Shown: positions 18,546 through 29,605, counted from the first letter of the stretch. The stretch is 64,000 nt of DNA from Opitutus sp. GAS368 (GCA_945861645.1 CAMAVZ010000004.1:12051-76050); one strand, 5' to 3'. A program made the numbers and translations. Notes: generated by a model not told the origin, from the sequence alone.

Positions 18546-20330
18546 ATGTCTGTTATTCATATTCTCACTGACCGAGTGGCCAATCAGATCGCGGCGGGCG
18601 AAGTGATTGAACGGCCCGCGGCTGTGGTGAAGGAATTAGTCGAAAATTCTTTGGATGCTGGCGCCACGCGTGTGGCAGTGGAATTTCGTGCCGGGGGCCG
18701 GGCGCTGATCCGCGTCGTCGATAATGGCTGCGGGATGACCCAAGAAGATGCCTTGCTCTCGCTCGAGCGGCACGCGACCAGCAAGTTAGTGGAGACGGCT
18801 GACTTGGACCGCCTCGGCACTTTCGGGTTTCGAGGCGAAGCAGTCCCCTCGATCGCGAGTGTCTCCCATTTTGAATTACAGACGCGCGTGGGGAGCGCCG
18901 CCGCCGGCACCGAGATTGTGATTAATGGCGGAAAATTTGTGCACGTGCGTGAATGCGGTCTTGCCCCGGGCACGAGCATTACCGTGTCGCATTTATTTAA
19001 CTCCGTGCCCGCGCGGCGGAAATTTTTAAAAACGGATGCCACCGAGTCGGCGCACATTATTCAGACTGTCCGCTTATATGCCCTCGCGTGTCCCGCGACG
19101 GCTTTTGTGTTGATTGAGGATGGCCGCGTGCTGTTTCAGTCGCCGGTTTGTACCACGCTAGCGGAGCGAGTGGGGGAGATTTTTGGCCGGCAATTGGTGG
19201 CCGATTTGCTGCCGGTGGCGATGGCGGAGCCCGGTTTGAAATTGAGTGGGCTGATCGGTAAACCCGGAGTTAATCGATCGACGCGTCACGAATTGCTGAT
19301 GTTCGTAAACCGGCGGCCGGTCGATAGCCGGACGCTTAATTACGCTTTGATTGAATCCTATGCTACGGCCCTGGCGAAAGGCCGTTATCCGGTCGCCGTA
19401 TTATTTCTCGAACTGGATCCGGCCGCGGTCGATGTGAACGTGCATCCGGCCAAGCGAGAGGTGCGCTTCCGCAGTGAAGGCGCCGTGCGCGGTTTTGTGA
19501 TTCGGGCAGTATTGCAGCGATTACGCGAGTGGGGCGCGCCGGCCCCCAGAGTGGAACCGGCCAGCGCGGGACAAGTTCACCCTGCTGCGTCGGAGGTAAT
19601 GCCGGGCGATCCCGTGAGCTTGGCCGCTCCCGCAACCGTGAATCTGCCGTCAACCGCGTTCGTGATTAAGCCGCCCGCAACGCCCTCCGCGCCCGCCATC
19701 GTCAGAACGGCTGCCGGCCCTTTAGCGGTGAGCGCACCGAGGGCCTCTGCGGCGCTGTTGGGCTGGCGCTTTCTGGGGACCGCGCATACCGACTATGCCT
19801 TGTGGGAAACGCCAAGCGGTTTGATGGTCTTGGATCGACGGGCCGCGCACGAACGGGTGTGGTTCGAGCGTTTAGAAATGCAATTTAAGCAAGGAGCGGT
19901 TGCGAGTCAGCGTCTACTCTTTGCGATCCCGGTGGAATTTGACGCCATTGCGAGTGCCTTGTTAACCGACCAACTGACTTTTTTGCAACGCCATGGGTTT
20001 GAGGTCGCAGAATTTGGGCGTAATTTTTTCCGCATTGAGGCCGTGCCGGTTTGGTTGGAATCGAGTGATGCCGTTATTTTTTTGCGCGATATCATCGGCT
20101 TGATGCGCGACGGGCAGCTCGATGGGAAGAACCTTGATTTGGCCCGGACGGCCTTAGCCCAACTCGCAGCCCAGCAAGCGGTACGGTTGCCGAGCAGCCC
20201 TAACGAGACCGAGGCACTGGCGCTCGTGTCCCAACTTTTCGCCTGCACGCAACCCCATGCGAGTCCGGCTGGTCGGCCAACCCACTTTGAATTCAGTCGC
20301 GGTGAATTGCTGCGGCGGTTTCAGCGGTAA
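18546..20330 (+). CDS. mutL: DNA mismatch repair protein MutL
   Basis: NQIAAGEVIERP, KELVENSLDAGA, DNGCG, GFRGEA, DVNVHPAK. The C-terminal endonuclease motif is degenerate (DRRAAHERV; ASPAGRP in place of CPHGRP). Confidence 0.95.
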   Translation: MSVIHILTDRVANQIAAGEVIERPAAVVKELVENSLDAGATRVAVEFRAGGRALIRVVDNGCGMTQEDALLSLERHATSKLVETADLDRLGTFGFRGEAVPSIASVSHFELQTRVGSAAAGTEIVINGGKFVHVRECGLAPGTSITVSHLFNSVPARRKFLKTDATESAHIIQTVRLYALACPATAFVLIEDGRVLFQSPVCTTLAERVGEIFGRQLVADLLPVAMAEPGLKLSGLIGKPGVNRSTRHELLMFVNRRPVDSRTLNYALIESYATALAKGRYPVAVLFLELDPAAVDVNVHPAKREVRFRSEGAVRGFVIRAVLQRLREWGAPAPRVEPASAGQVHPAASEVMPGDPVSLAAPATVNLPSTAFVIKPPATPSAPAIVRTAAGPLAVSAPRASAALLGWRFLGTAHTDYALWETPSGLMVLDRRAAHERVWFERLEMQFKQGAVASQRLLFAIPVEFDAIASALLTDQLTFLQRHGFEVAEFGRNFFRIEAVPVWLESSDAVIFLRDIIGLMRDGQLDGKNLDLARTALAQLAAQQAVRLPSSPNETEALALVSQLFACTQPHASPAGRPTHFEFSRGELLRRFQR

Positions 20331-20418
20331 GCTTAGTCAATGTTCATCCAATCGTCATGTGGGCCCGATATTCCTAACTTGCCTGCCGCAACGGCACGAT
20401 TTGTGATCTATTCTTTCC

Positions 20419-22914
20419 ATGCCTGTTAAAAGCAAAGCGAGTCGCTCGGCTAGTCGTGCTCCCCAGCCAGCAGTAAAACCGCCGCAGGTGGACCTGCGTC
20501 CGCTGATTGAACGGCATTTGATCTCAACCTTGGCGCGGCATCCGGCCTCGGCGACCCCGCGCGACTGGTGGGTCGCGACCGCGCTCGCGGTACGGGATAC
20601 GATTCATGAGCGCATGATTGCGACGCAGCGGCGGCATAATGAGAAAAATGTCCGCCGGCTTTATTATTTCTCGCTCGAGTATTTGATGGGTCGACTATTC
20701 GGAAATAATTTACTCGCGACCGATCTGTTGGATGCGGCGCGCCTTGCGCTCGAAGCCTTGGGGCAGGATTTCGAGCAAATTCGCGAGGCCGAGGCTGATA
20801 TGGGGTTAGGCAATGGCGGGTTGGGTCGTTTGGCGGCCTGCTTTCTCGATTCGCTCGCGACGTTAGATTATCCTGCGCTTGGCTACGGGATTTATTATGA
20901 ATTTGGCCTTTTTAAACAGGCCTTTCAACAAGGACATCAAGTGGAGCGCCCTGATAATTGGATAATTTTTGGCAGTCCTTGGGAAGTGGTGCGGCCAGAC
21001 TATGCGCAAGAAGTGCGCCTCTTTGGTCGCGTCGAAAATGTTTTTGATGACCGCGGAAATGCTCGTCCCCGCTGGGTAGATACGAAGACCATCTTGGGGG
21101 TGCCGCATGATATTCCCATCGCCGGCTACGGGACCACGACCGTTAATTTGCTGCGGCTCTGGGCTTCCAAATCAACGGAAGATTTCGACCTCGAGGCTTT
21201 TAATCGCGGTGGTTACGTCGAGGCCGTACGGGAGAAGGCGATCGGTGAGACGGTCTCAAAAGTGCTTTACCCGAACGATAAAACTGAAAACGGCAAAGAG
21301 CTGCGGTTAATGCAGCAGTATTTTTTTGTGGCGTGTTCATTGCGCGATATCATCCGCCGCCATTTCCGCCAGCCGGCCAACTCATGGGATAATTTTTCGG
21401 ACAAGGTCGCGGTCCAGCTCAATGACACTCATCCCGCCATCGCGATCGTCGAATTGCTGCGGATTTTGTTAGATGAAGAAAATATGGCGTGGGCCGACGC
21501 TTGGGCCATTACGCGCCGGACTTTTGCTTACACGAACCACACCCTTTTGCCCGAGGCCCTCGAGAAATGGACCGTGGAGCTCTTTGAGCGACTTTTACCG
21601 CGTCATTTGCAGATAATCTATGTCCTCAATGAGCAACTGCTGCTGGCGGTCGAACGGCAATGGCCTGGTGATAATGGGAAGAAAACCGTTTGCTCCCTGA
21701 TTGAAGAAAATGGCCATAAGCAGGTGCGCATGGCGAATCTCTCCGTGGTCGGCTCGCATACTGTTAACGGCGTAGCGGAGATTCACACGGCATTATTAAA
21801 GCAGAATCTTTTTCCGGAATTTAACGAACTTTACCCCGGTAAATTTCAAAATAAGACCAATGGCATCACCCCGCGCCGTTGGCTGCTGAAGAGCAACCCG
21901 CGCTTAGCGGCACTTCTCACGCGAACATTGGGGCAGGCGGATTGGGTGCGTAATCTCGATCTGCTGCGCGGCTTGGAGAAATTTGCCGAGGAGCCGGCCT
22001 TTCAGCGCGAGTTCATGGCGATCAAACGGGCCAATAAGGTCGATTTAGCTGCGGTCATCAAAACGGAGTGCGGCCTCGTGGTTTCGCCTGATGCTATTTT
22101 CGATGTGCAGATCAAGCGACTGCATGAATACAAGCGGCAGCATTTAAATTTGCTCCATATCATGACGCTCTATCGTCGCTTGTTGCAAAATCCCGCGCTC
22201 GATTTGGTGCCACGAGTCTTTATCTTTGGGGCGAAAGCTGCCCCGGGCTATGACTTAGCGAAAAACATTATTCGCGCCATTAATGTGATTGGCGCGCACA
22301 TCAATGCGGACGAGCGTCTCGGCGGTAAGCTGAAGGTGGCGTTCCTGCCGAATTATCGGGTGTCACTCGCAGAGAAAATTATTCCAGCTGCCGATCTTTC
22401 GGAGCAGATTTCTACCGCCGGTAAAGAAGCCTCGGGTACCGGCAACATGAAGCTCTCGCTCAACGGGGCGCTGACGATTGGCACGCTCGATGGGGCTAAT
22501 GTGGAGATTCGGGATGAAGTGGGGACCGATAATATTTTTATCTTTGGCCTGACGGTGGAAGCGGTGGTCGCGCTCACGGCTAAAGGCTACTATTCGCAGG
22601 ATTACTATCAGGCGGATGCAGAACTGCGCGCCATCATTGACTGGCTAGGGAGTGATTATTTTACGCCGGGCGAACCGGGCGCTTTTGGTCCGTTGCATCA
22701 TAGCCTGCTGGCCGGGGGCGATCCATTTTTGCTGCTCGCCGATTATCGCAGCTATTGCACCGCGCAGGCTTGCGCCGATCAGGCTTATCGTGATCCGGCG
22801 CAGTGGGCGCGGCGGGCGATCTTGAACACCGCTCGATTGGGGAAATTTTCGAGCGACCGGACGATTCGGGAATACGCGAAGGATATTTGGCATCTCCCCG
22901 CGGTCGAAGTCTGA
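20419..22914 (+). CDS. glgP: Glycogen/alpha-glucan phosphorylase
   Basis: [44 protein letters not shown] (PLP lysine). Confidence 0.97.
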   Translation: MPVKSKASRSASRAPQPAVKPPQVDLRPLIERHLISTLARHPASATPRDWWVATALAVRDTIHERMIATQRRHNEKNVRRLYYFSLEYLMGRLFGNNLLATDLLDAARLALEALGQDFEQIREAEADMGLGNGGLGRLAACFLDSLATLDYPALGYGIYYEFGLFKQAFQQGHQVERPDNWIIFGSPWEVVRPDYAQEVRLFGRVENVFDDRGNARPRWVDTKTILGVPHDIPIAGYGTTTVNLLRLWASKSTEDFDLEAFNRGGYVEAVREKAIGETVSKVLYPNDKTENGKELRLMQQYFFVACSLRDIIRRHFRQPANSWDNFSDKVAVQLNDTHPAIAIVELLRILLDEENMAWADAWAITRRTFAYTNHTLLPEALEKWTVELFERLLPRHLQIIYVLNEQLLLAVERQWPGDNGKKTVCSLIEENGHKQVRMANLSVVGSHTVNGVAEIHTALLKQNLFPEFNELYPGKFQNKTNGITPRRWLLKSNPRLAALLTRTLGQADWVRNLDLLRGLEKFAEEPAFQREFMAIKRANKVDLAAVIKTECGLVVSPDAIFDVQIKRLHEYKRQHLNLLHIMTLYRRLLQNPALDLVPRVFIFGAKAAPGYDLAKNIIRAINVIGAHINADERLGGKLKVAFLPNYRVSLAEKIIPAADLSEQISTAGKEASGTGNMKLSLNGALTIGTLDGANVEIRDEVGTDNIFIFGLTVEAVVALTAKGYYSQDYYQADAELRAIIDWLGSDYFTPGEPGAFGPLHHSLLAGGDPFLLLADYRSYCTAQACADQAYRDPAQWARRAILNTARLGKFSSDRTIREYAKDIWHLPAVEV

Positions 22915-23059
22915 AGCCGCGCGGTTGTCTCGGTGGGTGCACCGCGGTTTAAATTGGTCGTCGGGGCGGAATGCATGATTGAATTGCTCGCGGGCTTGGC
23001 GCAACTTACCGAGCGGTTAGTCGCGTTCAGCAAATATTATCCCCACCTGAATTAATTCT

Positions 23060-24322
23060 ATGAATCGTCTCCAAGGTTTAATTGGTATCGCGCTCATCAT
23101 AGGTCTGGCGGTGCTTTTCTCTAATAATCGCCGCCGGATTAATCGGCGACTCGTGCTGAGTGGAATTGCCCTTCAGGTCATCATTGCGGTTTTGATTTTT
23201 CACGTCGGCCCCGTCGCGCAATTTTTTCAACTCGTGGGTCAAGGCATTGGTAAATTAGAGGGGTTTGCCCGCGCCGGCGCGGCTTTCGTTTACGGCGGGA
23301 TTGCGGTGGAACAGGGAGCGGGGCACATCGCCAATTACATGGGGGGCGGGTTCGTTTTCGCTTTTAATGTTACCGCGACGATTATTTTAGTCTGCGCCTT
23401 GGTGGCGGTGCTGTACCATTATGGTATTATGCAGCGCATCGTGGCGCTCGTGGCGCGGGCCATGAATTTTATTATGCGGGTCAGCGGAGCCGAGGCGCTC
23501 AGCAACGTGGCCAGTGCTTTGGTCGGGCAAGTGGAGGCTCAGGTCATGATCCGCCCCTATCTGGCGGGGATGACGAAGAGTGAGTTATTGGCCTCGATGA
23601 GTGGCAGTCTCGCCTGCATCGCCGGCGGAATTCTCGTCGTCTATGTTAATATGGGGGCGCAGGCCGGCCTCGATTTAGCGCCGAAATTAATCACCGCTAG
23701 TTTAATGGCGGCGCCCGGTGCGCTGGTAATCGCAAAAATTGTTTTCCCGGAAACCGAAGAAAGCCAGACGATGGGGCAGGTGAAGCTCGCGGTTAAAAGT
23801 GATTACACGAATGTGATTGATGCTATTTCCCACGGCGCTGGCGATGGGTTCAAAATTGCCATGAACGTGATCGCCATGCTCATCGGATTCATTGCCGTCA
23901 TCGCCTGTATTGATTGGGTGATGGTTTCGATCGGGCATTTTTTTAATCCGCATTTTGATCTCACCCTGAATTGGATTTTTGGAAAATTATTCTACCCGAT
24001 GGCTTGGGCGATGGGCGTGCCCAGCGTTGATCTTAATAATGTGGCGACGCTCCTCGGCCAAAAATTGACAATTAATGAATTCGTCGCGTTTAAGAGTCTG
24101 ACCGATAAAGCGGTCCCGATTATCACCGAGAAAGGGCTGTTAATCGTGAGTATCGCGATCTGCGGCTTTGCGAATTTTAGTAGCGTCGGCATGCAAATTG
24201 GCGGCATCGGCGCACTGGTGCCAGAACGCCGGGCGGACTTGGCTAATTTGGGCATGAAGGCATTGTTTTGCGGCACGTTAGCCTCTTACTTGTCCGCCAC
24301 GATCGCTGGTTTAGTCATTTAA
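23060..24322 (+). CDS. Concentrative nucleoside transporter (CNT/NupC family)
   Basis: SGAEAL...VGQVEA, IRPYL, MAAPG, NEFVA, CGFANFSS. Confidence 0.92.
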   Translation: MNRLQGLIGIALIIGLAVLFSNNRRRINRRLVLSGIALQVIIAVLIFHVGPVAQFFQLVGQGIGKLEGFARAGAAFVYGGIAVEQGAGHIANYMGGGFVFAFNVTATIILVCALVAVLYHYGIMQRIVALVARAMNFIMRVSGAEALSNVASALVGQVEAQVMIRPYLAGMTKSELLASMSGSLACIAGGILVVYVNMGAQAGLDLAPKLITASLMAAPGALVIAKIVFPETEESQTMGQVKLAVKSDYTNVIDAISHGAGDGFKIAMNVIAMLIGFIAVIACIDWVMVSIGHFFNPHFDLTLNWIFGKLFYPMAWAMGVPSVDLNNVATLLGQKLTINEFVAFKSLTDKAVPIITEKGLLIVSIAICGFANFSSVGMQIGGIGALVPERRADLANLGMKALFCGTLASYLSATIAGLVI

Positions 24323-24326
24323 GCAG

Positions 24327-24851
24327 ATGGATCTCCCACGACAACTTGAACGTCACCTCGGTCAAACGCCCCAGACTGGGTCCGCGGCTTTTGTCGCGCC
24401 CAATGCCACGGTGCTGGGGGATGTGACCCTGGGGGCACAAAGCAGTGTCTGGTACGGCGCGGTGCTGCGCGGCGATATCAATTCAATCGTGATCGGCGAG
24501 GGCACTAACATACAGGATTTAGCCGTCATACATTTGGCCGATAATTATGGGGTTACGATTGGCCGCTATACGACAATTGGACACAGCGCGATTATTCACG
24601 CCTGCGCTATTGGTGACGAATGCCTCATTGGCATGGGGGCCACCATTCTGGATGGAGCTAAAATCGGTGATCACTGCATTGTGGGGGCTAACGCGCTCGT
24701 CACCCAGCGCTTTGTGGCGCCCCCCGGTTCGATGATTCTTGGGTCTCCGGCGAAGGTGGTGCGTCCCCTGACTGCATTAGAGAAAAATAGCCTACGGGGC
24801 TGGGCGGAGAAATACGTGACCACGGCGCAGGCGCACGCGGCGCGGGCTTAG
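24327..24851 (+). CDS. Gamma-carbonic anhydrase-like (YrdA/PaaY) hexapeptide protein
   Basis: GDV, LRGD, NIQD...IH, IGHxxxxH, IGMGA, GSPAK. Confidence 0.9.
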   Translation: MDLPRQLERHLGQTPQTGSAAFVAPNATVLGDVTLGAQSSVWYGAVLRGDINSIVIGEGTNIQDLAVIHLADNYGVTIGRYTTIGHSAIIHACAIGDECLIGMGATILDGAKIGDHCIVGANALVTQRFVAPPGSMILGSPAKVVRPLTALEKNSLRGWAEKYVTTAQAHAARA

Positions 24852-24861
24852 GCTTCCGCCC

Positions 24862-25392
24862 CTATCTTTCGAGATTTAAGAAGGTATAGCGATAATGCGC
24901 GTCTCGGCTTTCGCGTCGCCCCGTCTCACGCCAGTGTGATTGCCGCCATTCTGGAAAGTAGGTATCGCCGGGCACCTCGGCGTGCACGAGGGTCATTAAG
25001 ATGCGCTGTGCGATGGGCAGGGTCTCTTCGTAAATGCGTTGGCCGCCGCAGATCATGATATCCCCAGGTAAAGTTTGGGCCAAGGCCAAGGCGGCCGTGA
25101 CATTCGTCGCGAGGTGGACGGGCTTCGCCGCCTCGCCTGGTCGCGTTCGTTGCAAGTGAGCGAGGTGTTGATTAACGCGTTCTGGTTGCGAGGTAATGAC
25201 CACGGACTGACGCCCCTCGGTGAGCACTTGGGGCCACGTTTCAAAACAAATCCGGCCCAGCACGACAGTCTGGTGGGCGGTTTTTTCATGAAACCACTGT
25301 TGGTCTTCCGGGATGCGAAACGGAAGTTTGCCGGCGCGGCCGATGACGCGATTTTCCGCGCAGGCGACAATCAAAGTAAGGAGCTTGGGCAT
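24862..25392 (-). CDS. folA: Dihydrofolate reductase
   Basis: LIVA...NRVIG...LP...PED, GR, ICGG..IY, GDTYFP. ATG at 25392. Confidence 0.9.
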   Translation of the reverse strand: MPKLLTLIVACAENRVIGRAGKLPFRIPEDQQWFHEKTAHQTVVLGRICFETWPQVLTEGRQSVVITSQPERVNQHLAHLQRTRPGEAAKPVHLATNVTAALALAQTLPGDIMICGGQRIYEETLPIAQRILMTLVHAEVPGDTYFPEWRQSHWRETGRRESRDAHYRYTFLNLER

Positions 25393-25535
25393 CTGTGGGT
25401 TAGGCACTAACGGAACGCCCGGATCGATCGGCAAGTATAATTTTAAAGCATGGTGGTTAATAGCCTTGGTTTAGGCTGAACGAACTCAGGGAGGCTCCTT
25501 GTGTTTCCCCCTCTGGCTGCTATGCACAAGGGCCT

Positions 25536-26627
25536 ATGATTATCGGCGTCCCGAAAGAAATTAAAATTGGCGAAACGCGCGTTTCGATGACACCTAGTCT
25601 CTGTCGTCGCGTGACTGCGCTCGGCGGCAAGGTGCTCCTCGAAAAATCAGCTGGCGACAGTGCTGGCTTTACCGATGCGGAATATAAGTCAGCGGGAGCC
25701 ACCCTCGTCGTCACGGCCGCGAAGGTTTGGAAGAACGCCGATGTGATTGTGAAAGTTAAGGAGCCGCTGGCCGCTGAATATCATTTCCTCCAGCAGGGCC
25801 AAACCCTCTTCACCTATTTGCACCTCGCGGCGGGCCCGGCACTGGCCAAGGAATTGTGCCGGAAGAATATTCTGGGTATTGCCTACGAAACGGTGGAAGG
25901 CTCTGACGGAGCGTTTCCGCTGCTCAAGCCCATGTCGCAGATCGCCGGACGGCTTTCGATTCAGATTGGGGCTTATTTTTTGCAATCCCAACACGGTGGC
26001 TCCGGCGTTCTCCTCGGGGGCATCCCAGGCACGATGCCGGGTCATGTCGTGGTGGTGGGAGCGGGTAATTCCGGCGCGCACGCGGTGCAAATGGCGGCGG
26101 GCATGGGGGCGCGCGTGACGGTCCTCGATCTGGATACGCGCAAATTAGAGGCGCTTGATACCGAGTATCGCGGTCGTATTGTCACGCTCATGTCTAATCC
26201 GGCCAATATCGAACAAGCTGTGGCAGATGCTGATCTACTGATCGGCGCCGTACTAATCCCTGCGGCGAAGGCGCCAATTGTGGTTTCAGGGAAAATGGTG
26301 GCGCAAATGCGGCCCGGCAGTGTGATTTGCGATATCGCGATCGACCAAGGCGGTTGCATCGAAACGATCCAAGCGACTTCGCACCAGAAGCCCACTTACC
26401 AAGCGCATGGGGTGATTCATTATGCGGTGCCCAATATGCCGGCGCTCGTCGGGCGCACGTCTACCATGGGCCTGACGCAGGCCACCGAGCCTTTTATCGC
26501 GATGATGGTGCAGAAAGGCGTGGAGCAAGCGCTGAGCGAGCACAAGGGCCTCGCTCGCGGAGTGAATACGCGCAACGGCCGCATCACTTATGAGGCGGTG
26601 GCCAAGGCGGTGGGTTTTGATTCGTAA
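25536..26627 (+). CDS. ald: Alanine dehydrogenase
   Basis: IGVPKEIK, KVKEP, FTYLHLA, AYETV, DIAIDQGGC, VPNMP. Confidence 0.96.
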   Translation: MIIGVPKEIKIGETRVSMTPSLCRRVTALGGKVLLEKSAGDSAGFTDAEYKSAGATLVVTAAKVWKNADVIVKVKEPLAAEYHFLQQGQTLFTYLHLAAGPALAKELCRKNILGIAYETVEGSDGAFPLLKPMSQIAGRLSIQIGAYFLQSQHGGSGVLLGGIPGTMPGHVVVVGAGNSGAHAVQMAAGMGARVTVLDLDTRKLEALDTEYRGRIVTLMSNPANIEQAVADADLLIGAVLIPAAKAPIVVSGKMVAQMRPGSVICDIAIDQGGCIETIQATSHQKPTYQAHGVIHYAVPNMPALVGRTSTMGLTQATEPFIAMMVQKGVEQALSEHKGLARGVNTRNGRITYEAVAKAVGFDS

Positions 26628-26644
26628 GCGCGCAACGTAACCGC

Positions 26645-26679
26645 AAAAAAACCCGGCAGCGCGAGCCACCGGGTTTTTT
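26645..26679. terminator. Bidirectional intrinsic terminator (ald / cyclophilin)
   Basis: A7-CCCGG...CCGGG-T6 between convergent genes. Confidence 0.85.
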
Positions 26680-26721
26680 ATGGCAAGGAATCGGCTGAGT
26701 TAATTCAGCCCTGTGCCGGCC

Positions 26722-27246
26722 TTAGGGCTGAGCGACGATGGTGATGCTTTCGAGGGCGACCCGATCGATCGGGGTGCTCTTCTCGCCACCACCACCGGAT
26801 TGGGTGGGAACGTTGGCGAGTTGTTCCAGCACATCATCGCCCGCGATGAGTTGGCCGAAGCCGGTATATTGGTTATCCAGAAATTTAGCGTCCCCGTGGC
26901 AGAGGAAAAATTGCGAACCCGCGGAATCAGGGTGCGAGGAGCGCGCCATCGAGATGACGCCGCGGACGTGAGATTTTTTGTTAAACTCAGCCTTAATTTT
27001 GTAGCCTGGATCACCGGTGCCGGGCATGCCGGTCTGGCCGGCCTTGGTGTTGGGGCAACCCCCTTGGATCATAAAGCCCTTGATGATGCGGTGGAAGGCG
27101 GTGCCGTTGTAATAGCCGGCGCGGGCAAGCTTTTTGAAATTCTCAACGGTCGCGGGGGCGACGTCGATCCAGAAAGCGAGGGTCATTTCGCCGTAGCTAG
27201 TTTTTAGCACGGCAACTTCAGTGGTGGAGGGGGAGGCTTTGCTCAT
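26722..27246 (-). CDS. Cyclophilin-type peptidyl-prolyl isomerase
   Basis: APATVENF, FHRIIKGFMIQGG, SMAR, SAGSQFF, LDNQYT. Confidence 0.95.
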   Translation of the reverse strand: MSKASPSTTEVAVLKTSYGEMTLAFWIDVAPATVENFKKLARAGYYNGTAFHRIIKGFMIQGGCPNTKAGQTGMPGTGDPGYKIKAEFNKKSHVRGVISMARSSHPDSAGSQFFLCHGDAKFLDNQYTGFGQLIAGDDVLEQLANVPTQSGGGGEKSTPIDRVALESITIVAQP

Positions 27247-27326
27247 AAGGGCGGATCAAAACCTTTCGGTCTGCCAGGCCGCAAGAACCAAATGGACAGC
27301 CGCGACGGCCCTTGCCTGACTAACGT

Positions 27327-28397
27327 GTGCGTTTCACCCAGATCACTTTGCAAGGCTTTCGCAATCTGCCGCTCGTCGCGGTTGAGTTGCGGGGCCCACG
27401 GACATTTTTGTGTGGGGCGAATGCGCAGGGAAAGACGAATTTTTTAGAAGCGGCCGGTTATGTAACCGCATTGCGGTCCTTTCGTGGGGCCGAGACGCGG
27501 GCGCTAATCGGGCTTCACCAGACCCAAGCGGGGTTAGCTTTTTCCCTCGAACATGAACAATTTGGCGCGAGCCGGATCACGGTTATGTTGACGGCGCAAA
27601 CCCGCGAGGTGCAGTGGGAGCAGGGCCGCGTCACGCGGTTGGCCGACTTTATTGGAAAATTCCCTACCGTAGTTTTTTCCTCGCACGATAATCAATTTCT
27701 CCGCGGCTCTCCCGCGCTGCGCCGCCGTTGGTTGGATCTTACTTTGGCGGCGATGGATCCGAGCTATCTCATCGCGCTGCAAGCGTACACGCGCGCCTTG
27801 GCGGAAAGAAATATGCTCTTGAAGCAAGGGGGGCGGGATCTGGGTGCCCTTGATGCGTTTGAGCATGAGTTGTCCGTGCATGCGCTCACTTTATTTGCGC
27901 AACGGGCGGTGGGGGTCACTGAATTGAGCCGCCAGTTTCAGATCGCTCATGCCAAGTTGGGTCCAGTGGGGGAGACGGCCGGTTTGATCTACGCGCCGGA
28001 TGCGGCTCCGGGCACCCGCGAGGAATTTGCCGCCTTACTCCTGAAAAGTCGTCCCCGAGATGGCTTACTGAAAGCCACCGAGCATGGGCCGCACCGCGAT
28101 GATTTGGATTTATTGCTCAATGGTCGACCCGCCAAGCAATTCGCGTCGGAGGGGCAGCAGCGTTGCCTCGTCATCGCTTTACGATTGGCCCAGGCGGCTT
28201 ATTTTAAAGCGAAGAGTGGCGTCACGCCGGTGCTGCTTTGTGATGATGTTTTGGGCGAACTCGATCCCGAGCGACGCGCCCGCTTCTGGGCGTCGTTGGA
28301 GGGCGAGCCGCAGGTCATTGCGACAGGAACAAGTTTACCAGAAGTAACGGCCGATTGGCAGGTGCTCACCGTGGCCGAGGGGAGCATTTCAGCATGA
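27327..28397 (+). CDS. recF: DNA replication/repair protein RecF
   Basis: GFRN, GANAQGKTN (Walker A), RSFR, GPHRDDL, SEGQQR, DDVLGELD. Confidence 0.95.
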   Translation: MRFTQITLQGFRNLPLVAVELRGPRTFLCGANAQGKTNFLEAAGYVTALRSFRGAETRALIGLHQTQAGLAFSLEHEQFGASRITVMLTAQTREVQWEQGRVTRLADFIGKFPTVVFSSHDNQFLRGSPALRRRWLDLTLAAMDPSYLIALQAYTRALAERNMLLKQGGRDLGALDAFEHELSVHALTLFAQRAVGVTELSRQFQIAHAKLGPVGETAGLIYAPDAAPGTREEFAALLLKSRPRDGLLKATEHGPHRDDLDLLLNGRPAKQFASEGQQRCLVIALRLAQAAYFKAKSGVTPVLLCDDVLGELDPERRARFWASLEGEPQVIATGTSLPEVTADWQVLTVAEGSISA

Positions 28398-28455
28398 GAA
28401 GATCGCGGCTAGAATTTATGATTTCGTGGTCGCACGCAAAGCGGAGGATAGACCG

Positions 28456-29202
28456 ATGACCTTTGATCTGGGGCAATGGGTGCTGTTATTTCTCGGGGCC
28501 CTAGTCGTGGGATTAGCGAAGACCGGTATCCCGGGAGTCAGCATTTTATTTGTGGGCCTGCTCGCCAATGCGATGCCGGCCCGACAGGCAACGGGGGTGA
28601 TTTTGCCCCTCCTGATTTTGGGCGATGTTTTTGGGGTATTGCTTTATCGGCGGCATACGGAGTGGCGACATTTGGGGAAATTATTTCCCTGGACGATGGC
28701 CGGGGTGGTGATCGGCTGGTTGGCGCTCGGCCATATTGACGATGGGCAGACGAGGCGATTACTTGGAGCGATCCTCGCCGTGATGCTGATCTTGCATTAC
28801 TGGCGAAAATTTCGGCCCGCTCCCGATGATACTTTGGTCGCACATGCTCCGCTCTGGGTGGCGGCTGGCACCGGCTTGTTGGCTGGGTTCACCACTTTGG
28901 TGGCGAATGCGGCGGGATCGGTGATGACTATTTACCTACTGGCCATGCGCCTGCCTAAGATGGGCTTTCTCGGTACCAATGCGGTTTTCTTTCTCTTACT
29001 CAATTGGTTCAAGGTGCCCTTCATGGTTAATTTAGGGCTCATTAACCACGACAGCTTGGCCTTAAATCTTAAGTTGGCCCCCGCGGTCATCGTGGGTTGC
29101 CTCATCGGCCGTTATGCAGCGGCCAGAATGAACCAGCAGGTGTTCGAGCAGACCGCTTTGCTCTTAACCGGCCTAGCGACGGTTAAATTGCTTATCTTTT
29201 AA
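28456..29202 (+). CDS. TauE/SafE (TSUP) membrane transporter
   Basis: GLAKTGIPG, ANAAG, FLGT..FF...N..KVP, about 8 TM segments. GGAGG lies 8 nt upstream of ATG 28456. Confidence 0.88.
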   Translation: MTFDLGQWVLLFLGALVVGLAKTGIPGVSILFVGLLANAMPARQATGVILPLLILGDVFGVLLYRRHTEWRHLGKLFPWTMAGVVIGWLALGHIDDGQTRRLLGAILAVMLILHYWRKFRPAPDDTLVAHAPLWVAAGTGLLAGFTTLVANAAGSVMTIYLLAMRLPKMGFLGTNAVFFLLLNWFKVPFMVNLGLINHDSLALNLKLAPAVIVGCLIGRYAAARMNQQVFEQTALLLTGLATVKLLIF

Positions 29203-29351
29203 AATTTAGGGTCGAATGAATCAGGGCGTGAGCTCTAGGGGAAGCATGTTAGGGAATTTAGCCACTGAGGGGAAAATCGAGTCGCAAGACACTCCCCCGG
29301 TTAAGGCCGGAGTCTCGCCGCGAATTTAACGATACCCAGCGCCGCGGAGCA

Positions 29352-29388
29352 CGCTCGGTTGGTAATATATTATATTACAAACCGAGCG
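29352..29388. repeat. 37-bp near-perfect inverted repeat
   Basis: CGCTCGGTT-g-GTAATATA-t-TATATTAC-a-AACCGAGCG. Confidence 0.9.
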
Positions 29389-29605
29389 AGGTGCGTTAGC
29401 CTAAAGGTAATGCGCCGTGATCGGGGGTGGGTCCCTGGAGCTTGGTGGGCGGGCGGTGTGGCTGGGGCAGGATTTTAACGGGAGAGCCTAGTGGGGGGGG
29501 AGTTGAACAGTAAATTTCCCCCTCGGCGCTTTGGGTCTGGCTGAATAATTCATTTGTCGGCTTGCAGAAATTGCGGGTGACCGCTCAGTAAAGAGAAAGA
29601 AAATT

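Noticed and set aside
20392-20407. Sigma54 promoter for glgP (CGGCACGATTTGTGA)
   Set aside because: The -12 element is GA rather than GC. Too weak to call.
25440-25535. Riboswitch-like leader of ald (CCTTGTGT/GCACAAGG and AGCCT/AGGCT hairpins)
   Set aside because: No known aptamer motif. A TTG hexamer 37 nt before the ATG suggests this is promoter DNA of a leaderless gene.
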